Both the position numbers and the translations under genes were made by a program. The notes below the pieces were generated by a model. That model was given only the letters and a program-made list of their open reading frames with translations, was not told the origin of the DNA and ran no database searches. DNA of 64,000 nucleotides from Macrostomum lignano (taxonomy: Eukaryota): assembly GCA_002269645.1 (NCBI GenBank), contig NIVC01001816.1, positions 170,302 through 234,301 on the forward strand, in the 5' to 3' direction. Of this stretch, positions 25,101 through 38,242 are shown one piece after another. Within the stretch, counting starts at the first letter, position 1. Every line of letters begins with the position of its first letter.

Positions 25101-28085
25101 GGGAGATCTGGGGTGTCTGAGGGATCTGGGGTGTCCGAGGGATCTGGGGTGTCCGAGGGATCTGGGGTGTCCGAGGGATCTGGGGTGTCCGAGGGATCTG
25201 GGGTGTCCGAGGGATCTGGGGTGTCCGAGGGATCTGTGTGTCTGAGAGATCTGGGGTGTCCGAGAGATCTGGGGTGTCCGAGGGATCTGGGGTGTCCGAG
25301 GGATCTGGTATGTCTGAGGGATCTGGGGTGTCCGAGGGATCTGTGTGTCTGAGGGATCTGGGGTGTCAGAGATCCAAACAGGTCCATTAGACAGGCCACT
25401 CCAAACTCACAAATAGTACAAGCCCCAGGACAGCGCCCATTTCCCTCCAAGTTCTTGCCGGGGGGAAATCAGGCGGGCAGGCGAGAGCCCAAAGAAGAAA
25501 AAAACTGGAGCATCTTCTTCAAGACGACAGGACATGCTCAGGCATGCAATAACCGTGTCGCTGAACTGAAAAAATGACTGATTTGGACTGGGGGGAGAGG
25601 GCGTGCTGCTCGCGAGCCTCTGTCTCTCCCTTCGCCACTCCTTTCTGCTGCTCCACGTTTTCTTCAGAAATTTTAAGGCGCAGGATTTTTCTAGGAAAGC
25701 AATTAGTTATCATACACTGGGGGCTGGACTGATTTGGAATAAATGCGGAGGAGTAGTCGCTAACTGGAGATTGATGAAGGCTAATTGGTTAAATTTGAAA
25801 CAAGAGGAGAGAGATTAGATGAGATGAGACAGGATGAGCAAAGAAGAGATGAGACAGGATGAGATAAGACAGGATGAGACAGGATGAGACAGGATGAGAC
25901 AGGATGAGACAGGATGAGACAGGATGAGATGAGACAGTGGGACAGGATGAGACGAGACAGGATGGGACAGGATGAGATGAGACAGGATAAGACAGGATGA
26001 GATTAGACAAGAGGAGATGAGACAGGATGAGACAGGATTTAGCTTCAATCTGACTTCCCAGTCCTGATTTTGGCTATCTAAAAATTTGCAAAAAGTACGA
26101 AAATCGAATGGAAATAATTAAGAATTTAAGTGGAACTCGAGCCAACCGAAAGTCAATTCTCCAAGACCCATTTCGCCCCAGAGATCTGGCACGCCTGACA
26201 TTTGACTTACCTGACAAGCAGGAAGTAAACCTCCGGCCGCGTTGAAATCTCCTTAAACAGGTTAACAAACTCTGAGCTACTCAAACGACCGCGGGAAGAG
26301 ATTGCGTTAGCGATGTCCACCTCCTGAATTTGTGGCGAATAGGAAGAAATTTTGATGGTGGGCTGAATAGGATAAAAATCACCAGTGACAAGGCTGAATG
26401 AAATGGGATCTTATTGGGATAAAATTCCCCTAGGACTAGAATAATGCAATGGGATCTTATTGGGATAAAAATCCCCAGTGACTAGGCTGAATGCAATGGG
26501 ATCTTATTGGGATAAAATTCCCCTGGGACTAGAATAATGCAATGGGATCTTATTGGGATAAAAATCCCCAGTGACTAGGCTGAATGCAATGGGATCTTAT
26601 TGGGATAAAATTCCCCTAGGACTAGAATAATGCAATGGGATCTTATTGGGATAAAATTCCCCTGGGACTAGAATAATGCAATGGGATCTTATTGGGATAA
26701 AATTCCCCTGGGACTAGAATAATGCAATGGGATCTTATTGGGATAAAATTCCCCTGGGACTAGAATAATGCAATGGGATCTTATTGGGATAAAATTCCCC
26801 TGGGACTAGAATAATGCAATGGGATCTTATTGGGATAAAATTCCCTGGGACTAGAATAATGCAATGGGATCTTATTGGGATAAAACCCCCATGAACTAGG
26901 CTGAATGCAATGGGATCTTATTGGGATAAAATTCCCCTGGGACTAGAATAATGCAATGGGATCTTATTGGGATAAAATTCCCCTGGGACTAGAATAATGC
27001 AATGGGATCTTATTGGGATAAAAACCCCCATGAACTAGGCTGAATGCAATGGGATCTTATTGGGATAAAATTCCCCTGGGACTAAAATAATGCAATGGGA
27101 TCTTATTGGGATAAAAATCCCATGGAATATGATGAATGCAATAAGATCTTATTGGGATAAAAATCCCATGGAATATGATGAATGCAATGGGATCTTATTG
27201 GGATAAAAATCCCATGGAATATGCTGAATGCAATGGGATCTTATTGGGATAAAAATCCCATGGAATATGCTGAATGCAATGGGATCTTATTGGGATAAAA
27301 ATCCCATGGAATATGCTGAATGCAATGGGATCTTATTGGGATAAAAATCCCATGGAATATGCTGAATGCAATGGGATCTTATTGGGATAAAAATCCCATG
27401 GAATATGCTGAATGCAATGGGATCTTATTGGGATAAAAATCCCATGGAATATGCTGAATGCAATGGGATCTTATTGGGATAAAAATCCCATGGAATATGC
27501 TGAATGCAATGGGATCTTATTGGGATAAAAATCCCATGGAATATGCTGAATGCAATGGGATCTTATTGGGATAAAAATCCCATGGAATATGATGAATGCA
27601 ATGGGATCTTATTGAGATAAAAATCCCAAGGAAAAGGAAGCAATGATGCAAAATGAAAAGAACCGTTACCCTCACCTTCAACTTCTTTTTAATCCTGGAG
27701 GTGTTGACGCCGCTGTTGAGTTTCTTCATCAGCTGGATGACGTCCTGCTCATCGAGAAATCCGTCTTCGTCTAGTGAAGCGGCTGAGAACACTTCTTCAA
27801 GCCATCTAGCAATGTTATTGGTAAACTAATTTTTATGTCTACTGTCAATATGACTACCATATTTGGTAAGTGATGAGTGCGGACTGCATCTTGGCAAATA
27901 CGGACAAAGTTGACTCACCTGTCCCGCATGAGTTGCCGTTTCTCGATTGTATCACTTGCTAAAATAAAAGTACAAATAAACCGGGTTGGCCTGTTTTAGT
28001 GACCGACTTGCTGCGTATTCTAATTTATTAATGACTAACTGACAAACAAACAGACACTAGGATGGACACTGACAGGCACTAAAAC

Positions 28086-28124
<39 letters not shown>

Positions 28125-28139
28125 CCCACACAGACACTA

Positions 28140-28236
<97 letters not shown>

Positions 28237-28237
28237 C

Positions 28238-28268
<31 letters not shown>

Positions 28269-28283
28269 CACAGACAGACAGAA

Positions 28284-28332
<49 letters not shown>

Positions 28333-31300
28333 CCCACACAGACACTAAGACACACACAGTAAAACGCGGTCACGCACACAGCTGCCCAGGCCGGCCATTG
28401 ATGAGGCAGGTGAGGCCGGTGACCCACACGTTAGCGTCGTCAAGGGACACGGCGACAAGGTCCATGGACAGGAAGTCCTCGCCGTAGATGACGGTGAAAG
28501 CGCAGTCTGCCGGGTAGGCGGCGGCAACTTCGCTGTCCTTCAGGATGGCCGACGTGCGGCCGCGGCGAACCTCCTTGAGCTGGTCGATTGGCACTGGAAA
28601 GGAGGGAAAGAACACAAAAGGTGAGATCTATATATACTCATATATTAGAAATCAAAAGTACATTCCATACACCTCTAACACACCCAACATTTTGTTTTAA
28701 TTAACTAACTCCATTCAATAATCTTTGCAATGATATATGAATCTATAAAATAATAAGCAAATATTAGCGAAAAATCAGCGAAGAGCAATGATTTATTACT
28801 TTCTACACGCTAATACACCAAGGGTAGAGTAAAAATAAATTATAGACTTCTTCAGACGGAGTGAGAGACTTAAGCGGGGCTCGTGAGCTAGGGGAGGCCA
28901 TAGAAAGACAAACATTAAACTGGGAAGCGAGTGGACGGAGTCAAGGACACCCTGAACTAAAGTCTGGGAGTGCCAACTGTTCCCCATGACCTCTTCGAGT
29001 TTCGAGCTTGTGAAGATTCGAGCTTGTGAATATTCGAGCTTGTGAAGATTCGAGCTTGTGAAGATTCGAGCTTGTGAAGATTCGAGCTTGTGAATATTCG
29101 AGCTTGTGAAGATTCGAGCTTGTGAAGATTCGAGCTTGTGAAGATTCGAGCTTGTGAAGATTCGAGCTTGTGAATATTCGAGCTTGTGAAGATTCGAGCT
29201 TGTGAAGATTCGAGCTTGTGAAGATTCGAGCTCGTGGATATTCGAGCTTATAAAATGCTTCCATCGGTATCCAAGGATTTTTAACTTATATCAAGTTTAT
29301 GCCACATGCACATAAGACAAATTTGCACTCCAGATTTTATTTTAGAGATGTCCTTGACCGAGTGCAAGCCAGTGCTAGCTCAGCCTCTCTACACGCTGAG
29401 CACTTCCGCGTGAGTGAGCTCAAATTGCCTACATCTTTTAGAGCCTCTTACCCTCTCTCCCGCCTGTCTCTCAGCTCTCTCGTGTCGGCGAGAGCATTCC
29501 AGCGCTACTTGATTTTAGTTTCTGCTTACATACTTGGGGCCGGCGGCCAGCACTGGCTTGCATTGTATCGAATTAATTTCTCATGGCTGCTGCCCACATA
29601 AATTGAAGTTGGCCAGACTGATAGAGCGCTGTGTACTTTAAAATGAACAATCAGCATGCTTCACTGCGTGACGGGAGACAAAATTCTCAATATGAGTAAT
29701 GTAGATGTTGTGATTGACAATATTCCCGATACTGTAAGCCCGAATTCCCATACTGTAAGCCCAGATCCCCATATTATAAGCCCAGATCCCATACTATAAG
29801 CCTGAATTCCCATACTGTAAGCCCAGATCCCCATACTATAAGCCCAGATCCCATACTATAAGCCCAGATCCCCATACTATAAGCCCAGATCCCATACTAT
29901 AAGCCTGAATTCCCATACTGTAAGCCTAGATCCCATACTGTAAGCCCGAATCCCCATACTCTAAGCCCAGATCCCGATACTGTAAGCCCAGATCCCATAC
30001 TATAAGCCCAGATCCCATACTGTAAGCCCGAATCCCCATACTCTAAGCGCAGATCCCCATACTGTAAGCCCAGATCCCATACTGTAAGCCCAGATCCCAT
30101 ACTATAAGACCAGATCCCCATACCGTAAGCCCAGATTCCCATACTGTAAGCCCAGATCCCATACTGTAAGCCCAGATCCCATACTATAAGACCAGATCCC
30201 CATACCGTAAGCCCAGATTCCCATACTGTAAGCCCAGATCCCCATACTGTAAGCCCAGATCCTCATACTGTAAGCCCAGATCCCCATACTGTAAGCCCGA
30301 ATCCCCATACTGTAAGCCCAGATCCCCATACTGTAAGCCCAGATCCCCATACTTTAAGCCAGCCCAGATCCCCATACTGTAAGCCCGAATCCCCATACTG
30401 TAAGCCCAGATCCCCATACTGTAAGCCCAGATCCCCATACTTTAAGCCAGCCCAGGTCCCCATACTGTAAGCCCAGATCCCACGACCTCTCCCGTACTCC
30501 TTCAGCCTTGCAGAAGCAGTGGCAGCCCATAATAATGGAGGCAATTCATTTGGCACTTGATTACGCCTCATCAATCCCGCCTTATTCCAATTCCAGCCCA
30601 GCATCCGCTTCAGGCATTCATAAATCATTGTGTCATTATCCATTTCCTGAGTAGATTTCTCACACTAGCGATATCAGATGTATTCTCGCTGTGGAAGATG
30701 TAGATGTCCATAATTACTCGTAGGCGTTACGCGGGAATTGCAGTGCAGAATCCTCCTTGTGTCAGTAGATCCCGCAGCAGTAGACAGATTATCGGATCAG
30801 AAGTTGACAACTTTTCTTACTTTGCTCTCGAGGGTTTATTTGCTCACTGGGGAGGCTTTTGGGAGGATCAATGCTCTAATTTATTGCCCTTACATTTCTC
30901 ACACTCTTATTACATCAGACATCTCAGTCTAAATCTATCAATAGATCTACTTCTGGATGTCCCTTTAGATGTCCTTTAGATGCTCTCCCTATATATCCCT
31001 TAGAGACCTCCCTATCAATACTCCTTCAGATGTTCTTCTAAGTCTCCCTCTAGATGTCCCTCTAGATTTTCCCCTAGATCTTCCCTTAGATTCCCTCTAG
31101 ATCTTCCCATATATCCCTCAAGATTTCCCTCTAGATCTTCCCCTAGATCTCCCTCAAGATGTCCCTCTAGATTGCCCCTAGATCTCCATCTAAACTACAC
31201 TCTAGATGTCTTTTAGATGACTCTCTAGCGTCACTCTAGATCACCCTGTAGATTTTCCTCTACAGTAGATGACCCTCTAGATGTCCCTCTAGATCACCCT

Positions 31301-34300
31301 CTAGATGCCCCTCTAGATGCCCTTCTAGATGTCCTTCTAGATGTCCCTCTAGATCGCCCCTAGATCTCCATCTAAACTACACTCTAGATGTCTTTTAGAT
31401 GACTCTCTAGCGTCACTCTAGATCACCCTGTAGATTTTCCTCTACAGTAGATGACCCTCTAGATGTCCCTCTAGATCACCCTCTAGATGCCCCTCTAGAT
31501 GCCCTTCTAGATGTCCTTCTAGATGTCCCTCTAGATCGCCCCTAGATCTCCATCTAAACTACACTCTAGATGTCTTTTGATGTCTCTCTAGCGTCCCTTT
31601 AGATCACCCTCTAGATGCCCCTCTAGATGCCCTTTTAGATGTCCTTCTAGATGTCCCTCTAGCTCTCTCCCTGGACAATTCAAATACTATACGATAGCAA
31701 ATTATAACATTTTTACTTTAATTTCCCGAATATAGAAACTGTCAAAAGAAGTGGCCATCTTTAGTCACAATGAAATCTAAAAGTACTAAAAATTCTTTTG
31801 AGCAGGCTCTCTGTGGAGCTTTGTGGAGCTCCCAGAGACACAAAAGCAAAGTTAAGAAGAGATTTGGCCCGATGGGGCGCGGGCTATTCTCATGCGAGCG
31901 CCAAGGTTGAATAAATACTCACGGTCTCTTTCTTCCTTTCGTGCCGGTGTTAACACAAAACTGATGATACAATATCAAGCTCAGCCTCTCTTTGAATTTC
32001 TATGCACACATTGAGTCTCTGCTTTCATATGCGCGACCGAGGTAGAAATTTTTTCATGTAGGAAGCTGGTATAGTGCAAAGCAATACAATGATGAGAGCG
32101 ATAGAATGGATTGCTAATCTAGCATATAACGGAAGGCAATAGAATGGATTGCCAATCTAGCATATCACGGATGCGAAGGAATAGAATGGATTGCTAATCT
32201 AGCATATCACGGATGCGAAGGAATAGAATGGATTGCTAATCTAGCATATCACGGATGCGAAGGAATAGAATGGATTGCTAATCTAGCATATCACGGATGC
32301 GAAGGAACAGAATAGATTGCTAATCTAGCGGCCGCTAGCCTATCACGGATGGGAGGAGCATTGCACAATTCTTAGTATATAGCATAAAGGATCTACCGTG
32401 CGTAAAATGTAGCACCAGAAATCAAGGCCCAGCTTCATCAAAGGAAGGCGAATCTAATTTCCGAAATGGCAAACAAGTACAGTCCCTTGCTAGCAGAGAC
32501 TGCAGCTGGAGGCCGTGACCCGAGCTAGAATAGTAATTGCAGCTGTAAAGGGCTAGATTAGTGGCTGGGGACAGGATCAATGGATAGGCAAAGGTTTTTT
32601 CGATCGCAGCAACCCATCTAATCCTTGCCAAACACTCAATCTATTTTATCTTGTCCTTGTAGTTCATGCAGAACGGACAGAGAATGGAAACTACGTTTAA
32701 CAATCACAGAATAACAGGAAGGCGCACTGGACTGATTGCAGCGTGTTGCTGCCCATCCATGCGTCTGTCTGCTGGACTGTGCCCAAATATTTTATAAGGC
32801 GCTTGTAGGAGTGGGTGTGCGAAGTGGGGTGGGTGTGCGGAGTGGGGTGGGTGTGTGGAGTGGGGTGGGTGTGTGGAGTGGGGTGGGTGTTCGGAGAGGG
32901 GTGAGGGTGCAGAGTGGGTGGGTGTTCGGAGTGGGGTGGGTGTGCGGAGTGGGTGGGTGTTCGGAGTGGGGTGGGTGTGCGGAGTGGGGTAGGTGTTCAG
33001 AGTGGGATGGGTGTGCGGAGTGGGGTGGGTGTTCGGAGAGGGGTGAGTGTGCGGAGTGGGGTGGGTGTGCGGAGTGGGGTGGGTGTGCGGAGTGGGATGG
33101 GTGTGCGCAGTGGGGTGGGTGTTCAGAGTGGGATGGGTGTGCGCAGTGGGGTGGGTGTTCGGAGAAGGGTGAGTGTGCAGAGTGGGATGGGTGTGCAGAG
33201 TGGGGCGGGTGTGAGATACTAGATGCTGCATTTAATGTACCCAAAAATGATTTAATTAAAAGAACTCACATTTCGCTTTCTGTCTCTTCTTAGAAGACGG
33301 ATGCCACCGAATTTCCATGGTCTCAGTGTCCAAAAAGAAGAAGCGTTTAAAGTGTCGACCGCTAGACCGAATCTTCAGCAATTCGGTGCCGTCGCGCATG
33401 TAGTTGACGCAATCGGGCGCTGGTTAATGGCATTAAGGAAAAGGGGCAGCACAGTAAAATACTCGTATTCTTTCGCAAAAAAGGCGACACACAGCGTCTT
33501 TTATGACCCGCGGTATACCGGCTAGTTTATGGTTTATAAGATTCTGGACACAGTTGTTAGCAATTAGGTAAAGCAAAATAAATGTACGAAGACAGGGTGC
33601 TGTGTCACATGCCCGGACGAAGGACTACAATGAAGGGATAGTGATAAAAGGATCGTGATGAAGGGATCATGATCAAGGGATTGTGATCAAGGGATAGTGA
33701 GTGACGAAGGGATAGTGATGAAGGGATAGTGATGAAGGGATAGTGATGAAGGGATAGTGATGAAGGGATAGTGATGAAGGGATAGTGATGAAGGGACCGT
33801 GATGAAGGGATTGTGATGAAGGGATAATGATGAATGAAGGGATTGTGATGAAGGGAGAGTGATGAAGGGATTGTGATGAAGACTTTATGATAAAGGGATT
33901 GTGATGAAGGGATAGTGTTGAGGGGATAGTGATGAAGGGATTGTGATGAAGGGATTGTGATGAAGGAAGAGTGATGAAGGGATTGTGATGAAGAATTAGT
34001 GATGAAGGGATAAGGCGCGGCGCTAATGCCTGAAGCAATATCTGGTCGATAATGCCCACATAAACCCCAATACAACATGCGCACATATAACTACTAAAAA
34101 CTCGGTTCAGCCTGTCAGACAAGAATGATAATCAAAGTCTTTCGGGATAGCCGCTGTCACAATATCCGCGAGTGGGAGGCGGCTAGCGTTTGATATATGC
34201 ATTAACATCGTGAGCCAACCGCCGTATCGCTATACTGCCTACATTATAATATCACAATACATTATCGATTAGCGGCAGAGCCTTCAAGCTGCAAATCTTC

Positions 34301-36271
34301 CGTCTCGGACGCGGCCCCCGCTATCCGCACTAAAAAATCATCATTTTTGTCCCCGGGCCAGCCAAGTCTATTTATTTAGCTGTCTGCCCTTCTATCCATC
34401 AATGTTTTAAAGTACTTTTGTGGGGATGAGCGAACTCGACTGCGTTATGTCAAGTTAACTCAGGACCATTTTTATGAGTAAAAAGTTTTTTCAGTGAGTG
34501 AGTGAGTTAGTGAATGAATGAGTAAATGAGTGAGTGAGTGAGTGAGTGAGTGAATGAATGAATGAGTGAGTGAGTAAGTGAATGAATGAGTGAGTGAATG
34601 TGAGAATGAGTGAGTAAATGAGTAAGTGAATGAGTGAATGAGTGAGTGAATGAGTGAGTCAGTGAGTGAGTGAGTGAGTGAGTGAGTGAGTGAGTGAGTG
34701 AGTGAGTGAGTGAGTGAATGAGTGAGTAAATGAGTAAGTGAATGAGTGAATGAGTGAGTAAATGAGTAAGTGAATGAGTGAATGAGTGAGTAAAGGAGTG
34801 AGTCAGTAAGTGAGTGAGTGAATGAATGAGTGAGTGAATGTGTGAATAAACTAGTGAGTAAGTGAGTGAATGAGTGAGTGAGTGAGTAAGTGAGTGAGTG
34901 AATGAGTGAGTAAATGAGTAAGTGAATGAGTGAATGAGTGAGTGAATGAGTGAGTCAGTGAGAATATGTAAATGAGTAATGGCGCAAGTAAAATGTAAGC
35001 TGTTAATTACATAAAAGTTTCCAAAAGCTGAACTCCAGCGAACAGATAAAAACGGGAATTTATTGAACTTTAGAGCCCACTTTGCTCGGTGGAGATCTTA
35101 TCTTAAAAATTTTCCTGAGAAAATCGCTCCAAAACGAGTTCGAGTTTCAAAAAGCTGTCACGCCCAAAACCCCCTCATCCACTTCTACCCCGTGTCCCAG
35201 ACTCCTTCCTCATCTCGCCAAGATGGGGATTTCCGCGCCAACGAACTTCCCGGTTGGCTGAGTCAATAAAACGCGCGCATATAAAAGTGCGGACGCCGCG
35301 GGAAGAAAGGCGAAGGCTAAAAATGGGAGGAAAAAAACGAAAGACTCTCCCGACCGGGCTGATCTTATCTACGGTTGCCATGCCATCCTTCCTGATATCT
35401 TTTCAGGGTCATCCATTCCGCAGAGTTTTTCTTTCAAGTCTTGAGTTCTTTTTTTCTTCAAAAAATTGACTTTGCTCAATTCCGTTAGCTTTGAGTCTCC
35501 CCTGTCAGGCCAAAAAACGATCGCTTATACTCGCAGCTGTCTACCCAGCAAGACTACTCAGATTACCTAATCTAGAAGAGCAGTTGTCTATCCAGCAAGA
35601 CTACTCAGATGACTTAATCTAGAAGAGTAGCTGTCTACCCAGCAAGACTACTCAGATGACCTAATCTAGAAGAGCAGTTGTCTACCCAGCAAGACTACTC
35701 AGATGATCTAATCTATAAGAGCAGCTGTCTACCCAGCAAGACTACTCAGATGCCTGATCTAGATGAGTAGCTGTCTACCCAGCAAGACTACTCAGATGCG
35801 TGATCTAGATGAGTAGCTGTCTACCCAGCAAGACTACTCAGATGACCTAATCTATAAGAGCAGCTGTCTACCCAGCAAGACTACTCAGATGACCTAATCT
35901 AATCTATAAGAGTAGCTGTCTACCCAGCAAGACTACTCAGATGACCTAATCTAGAAGAGTAGCTGTCTACCCGATAATAATCTACTCAAATAAGCAGAGA
36001 AAACTGGTCAAATATCGAAGCTCTACTCACCATCGATAACGCGAATTCCCTTGTCAAAGGACGATGAAAGAAATGACACAGATTTTTTCTGTATTGGCGT
36101 TGGAGATGAGACACTGCTGCCTCCGCTACCAGGGTCTTGACACTGCGACTTCAACAGGCCTTGAAGTTTGCCTGTACGAGCTTGAGCTATTGGAGTTGAT
36201 GATGATGTTGAAGCTGATGGAGTACCTAAAGCATCTGCCATGTCATTGCCATTGCCATTTGCATCCATCAT
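15495..36271 (-). CDS. PLCL1/2: Phospholipase C-like protein (PLCL1/PLCL2, PRIP type): PH, EF-hands, X, Y, C2 and PRIP C-terminal domain; 15 exons, ~1179 aa
   Basis: Exons (minus): 36271-36031, 33419-33270, 28593-28378, 27958-27919, 27805-27676, 26323-26211, 24966-24900, 24825-24732, 24106-23989, 23897-23812, 23705-23585, 21560-21031, 20474-19773, 16704-16064, 15785-15495. All are GT-AG and phase-consistent, total 3540 nt. Motifs: [82 protein letters not shown], and the PRIP-specific [16 protein letters not shown]. Confidence 0.95.
16866..18190. repeat. 26-bp minisatellite (GATAGGATAGATTAGCAATCCATTCT)n, ~50 copies
   Basis: Period 26, highly homogeneous; PLCL intron 13. Confidence 0.95.
18560..19175. 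repeat. (GACA)n array with GACACTAA variants
   Basis: Visible. Confidence 0.95.
19405..19680. repeat. ~30-bp degenerate minisatellite (AATCTCACCTGAGACTGTCATCTACAGG core)
   Basis: About 8 diverged units. Confidence 0.8.
20525..20880. repeat. 25/26-bp minisatellite (TTCCCGAGGTGGATTTCCTTG(G/A)GG(G)T)
   Basis: Alternating 26- and 25-bp units; PLCL intron 12. Confidence 0.85.
21600..22560. repeat. 17-bp minisatellite (GAGGGATTTCCCATCTT)n
   Basis: Visible; PLCL intron 11, degenerating towards both ends. Confidence 0.9.
22965..23570. repeat. 31-bp minisatellite (AATAGAAATCCCACACTCTGATTCCACCTCC)
   Basis: Period 31; PLCL intron 11, abutting the exon 11 donor. Confidence 0.9.
24155..24590. repeat. 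~7-bp GGGATT(T/C) simple repeat
   Basis: Visible; PLCL intron 8. Confidence 0.85.
25066..25372. repeat. 18-bp minisatellite (GAGGGATCTGGGGTGTCC)n
   Basis: Visible; PLCL intron 6. Confidence 0.9.
25808..26038. repeat. 10-bp repeat (GACAGGATGA)n
   Basis: Visible. Confidence 0.85.
26385..27625. repeat. 46-bp minisatellite with two variant blocks (shared core AATGCAATGGGATCTTATTGGGATAAAA)
   Basis: Period 46. The CCCTGGGACTAGAAT variant is at left and the CCCATGGAATATGCTG variant at right; fills PLCL intron 5. Confidence 0.95.
28085..28358. repeat. (GACA)n array with GACACTAA and GACACCCACACA variants
   Basis: Visible; PLCL intron 3. Confidence 0.95.
28998..29250. repeat. 16-bp minisatellite (TTCGAGCTTGTGAAGA)n
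   Basis: Visible. Confidence 0.9.
29725..30482. repeat. 20/21-bp minisatellite (ATACTGTAAGCCCAGATCCC(C))n
   Basis: Visible. Confidence 0.9.
31000..31665. repeat. Degenerate ~11-12-bp CTAGATGTCCCT repeat with an internal longer duplication
   Basis: Visible; block ...CTCCATCTAAACTACACTCTAGATG... recurs three times. Confidence 0.8.
32100..32350. repeat. 42-bp minisatellite (GGAATAGAATGGATTGCTAATCTAGCATATCACGGATGCGAA), ~6 copies
   Basis: Period 42 (32178, 32220, 32262). Confidence 0.9.
32808..33212. repeat. 18-bp G-rich minisatellite (GGGGTGGGTGTGCGGAGT)n
   Basis: Visible; G-tracts give G-quadruplex potential. Confidence 0.9.
33628..34012. repeat. 14-bp minisatellite (GGGATAGTGATGAA)n
   Basis: Visible. 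Confidence 0.9.
34493..34960. repeat. (GAGT/GAAT)n tetranucleotide array
   Basis: Visible. Confidence 0.9.
35536..35970. repeat. ~47-bp minisatellite (GCTGTCTACCCAGCAAGACTACTCAGATGACCTAATCTAGAAGAGTA)
   Basis: About 9 units, just inside PLCL intron 1. Confidence 0.9.
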
Positions 36272-38242
36272 TTGTGAACTTGAGTAGTCAATTTGTTTAG
36301 CTCTGATACTTTATAGCCCAAGAATTTTAGGATAGACAATTAGGAATCCATAATCAGGTCAAGCAAGATACAATCTATTTTGATTACTTTGCTGACAAAA
36401 TTTTCCAAGTAGACTGAAAAGGGGTTTGAAGTATCATGACAATGATACTTTTCATATTTTTTCATATTTGTATATATAGATTCTCATAGTAAATATCATT
36501 ATAAAAATTTTGTCAAAAATTTAAGATAATTTGATACCTTAAAATTATTTAAATCCATACTTAGATTAAACTCAATCTATAGAAGCCTATTATTTGTTTT
36601 ACAAATTTATTATATTATTTAATTCTAATGTATAATAAGCAATAAGATATATATATATAGTAATATTAAAATATATCTTTAAATTAGCATTCTTTCAAAG
36701 ACCTGGGTGTATGGGTTATAAAATGTTAATTTTTTAAGACATTTAAATACTAATATTTGTTTGAAAAATTAAGTTTGAGATCATATGATAATAGGCAAAA
36801 AATTAGCATACAGCAAATAGGCAAATCAGAAAACTAATGTATTGCATATAAAACAATTCAATTTCAATATATTATAATATTGCTTATAACTTTTAATAGT
36901 GTATTGTAAATATTTAAAAAATATGTTCACTTTTAATATATAGACCCTAAAAAATACTTACTAAATAAAGTACTTAAAAAAGGCCTATAATAATATGGCA
37001 AGCTATTCTATGAATCTAAAAAATAAAATAAGTACATGATAATGATAATAAATAAATATATTTCTTTCTTTTTAAGAAACTGTTTATAGTTCTTTATTAT
37101 TAATTTATTTATAGGGCCTATACAAATACATATTCTTTTATTTTCTCCTAATAAATATCTTTTACCTTGGCACTATTTTTAAATCAAGATTAGATCAATA
37201 AAATCAAAATATTTATTGAATACAGGATTCAGAGCATCAAAGATCTGGTGCAATATTTAATCTAATAGTATTATAAAATGTTTATTAATTTAATCAAGAA
37301 AAAAAGGCACTTAATAATAAAAAATCTAAGAGTGCTTCAGTTGTCAAAATCTTATTCCTATACAAAGCAAATAATATGAAACTTATTTAATTTTCTGTAG
37401 TTTTTATACTTTTTTACTAATAATACATCATAGAACTGTGCATGTCAAAGTCTCACTTCGCTTACTTTTATGTATTGAATATAGAACAAAAAAATACATT
37501 TCTTACTTTTTGCGACACGAATGAGGAAAATATTGCCAATATAATACTGCATTCTAATATTCTACATCTACCCAGCAGCTTACGCTTCTAATTAATATTT
37601 TTTTAAAGATAAGTTCACGACCACATTATGTTTTTGTTACAATTCAATTCATTAGAAGAAAACTTGAATTCTTGCTATCTTGAAGTCTAAAATCAAGAAA
37701 AAGATATTTCCTGGCCTTTCAAGGAACTTTTAAGCTTGCCAGTAGCTTCTAAAGAGCCTGTCAGCTGACGCCGGCGGCGGGAAAAGTAAGAAGAGAGCTT
37801 ATTCGTAGAATATTTAGCTTTAGATTTTACCGCGTAAACTATGAATAAAGAAACAAATTTTTTTAAATTTATTTACTTACACTTGTTTCATGTCACACAC
37901 ATACACACTTGTAAGAAAACTACTAAAAAATATCTGCAAAGCATTGGTTTGTGATAGTTCTAGTAATAATAAATCGGTATTAACTTTTATCAATTGAATA
38001 ATTCCTTTCAAGCGACTCGAACTGAGAACTGAACTTGGTACTTCTCTCAACGTGTGCATGATCAACGATCTTAAGATGCATGGTTTAGTTGTATTTCATT
38101 CTATTTCTCGAACTATGTTTTGATAAATAGAGAAAGAAGGACTGCGCTGAAACCTATTTTTATTAGGCGAAAGCTTTTGCATGTTTGGTTAACATACAGC
38201 AAAAGTTATTCTCTAAAGGTAAAAAATTCTTAATCTGATATA

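Noticed and set aside
30482-30932. Unique-looking coding-like segment ([19 protein letters not shown]...) in PLCL intron 2
   Set aside because: No recognisable domain, stops in flanking frames and not needed for PLCL phase continuity; probably a TE remnant.
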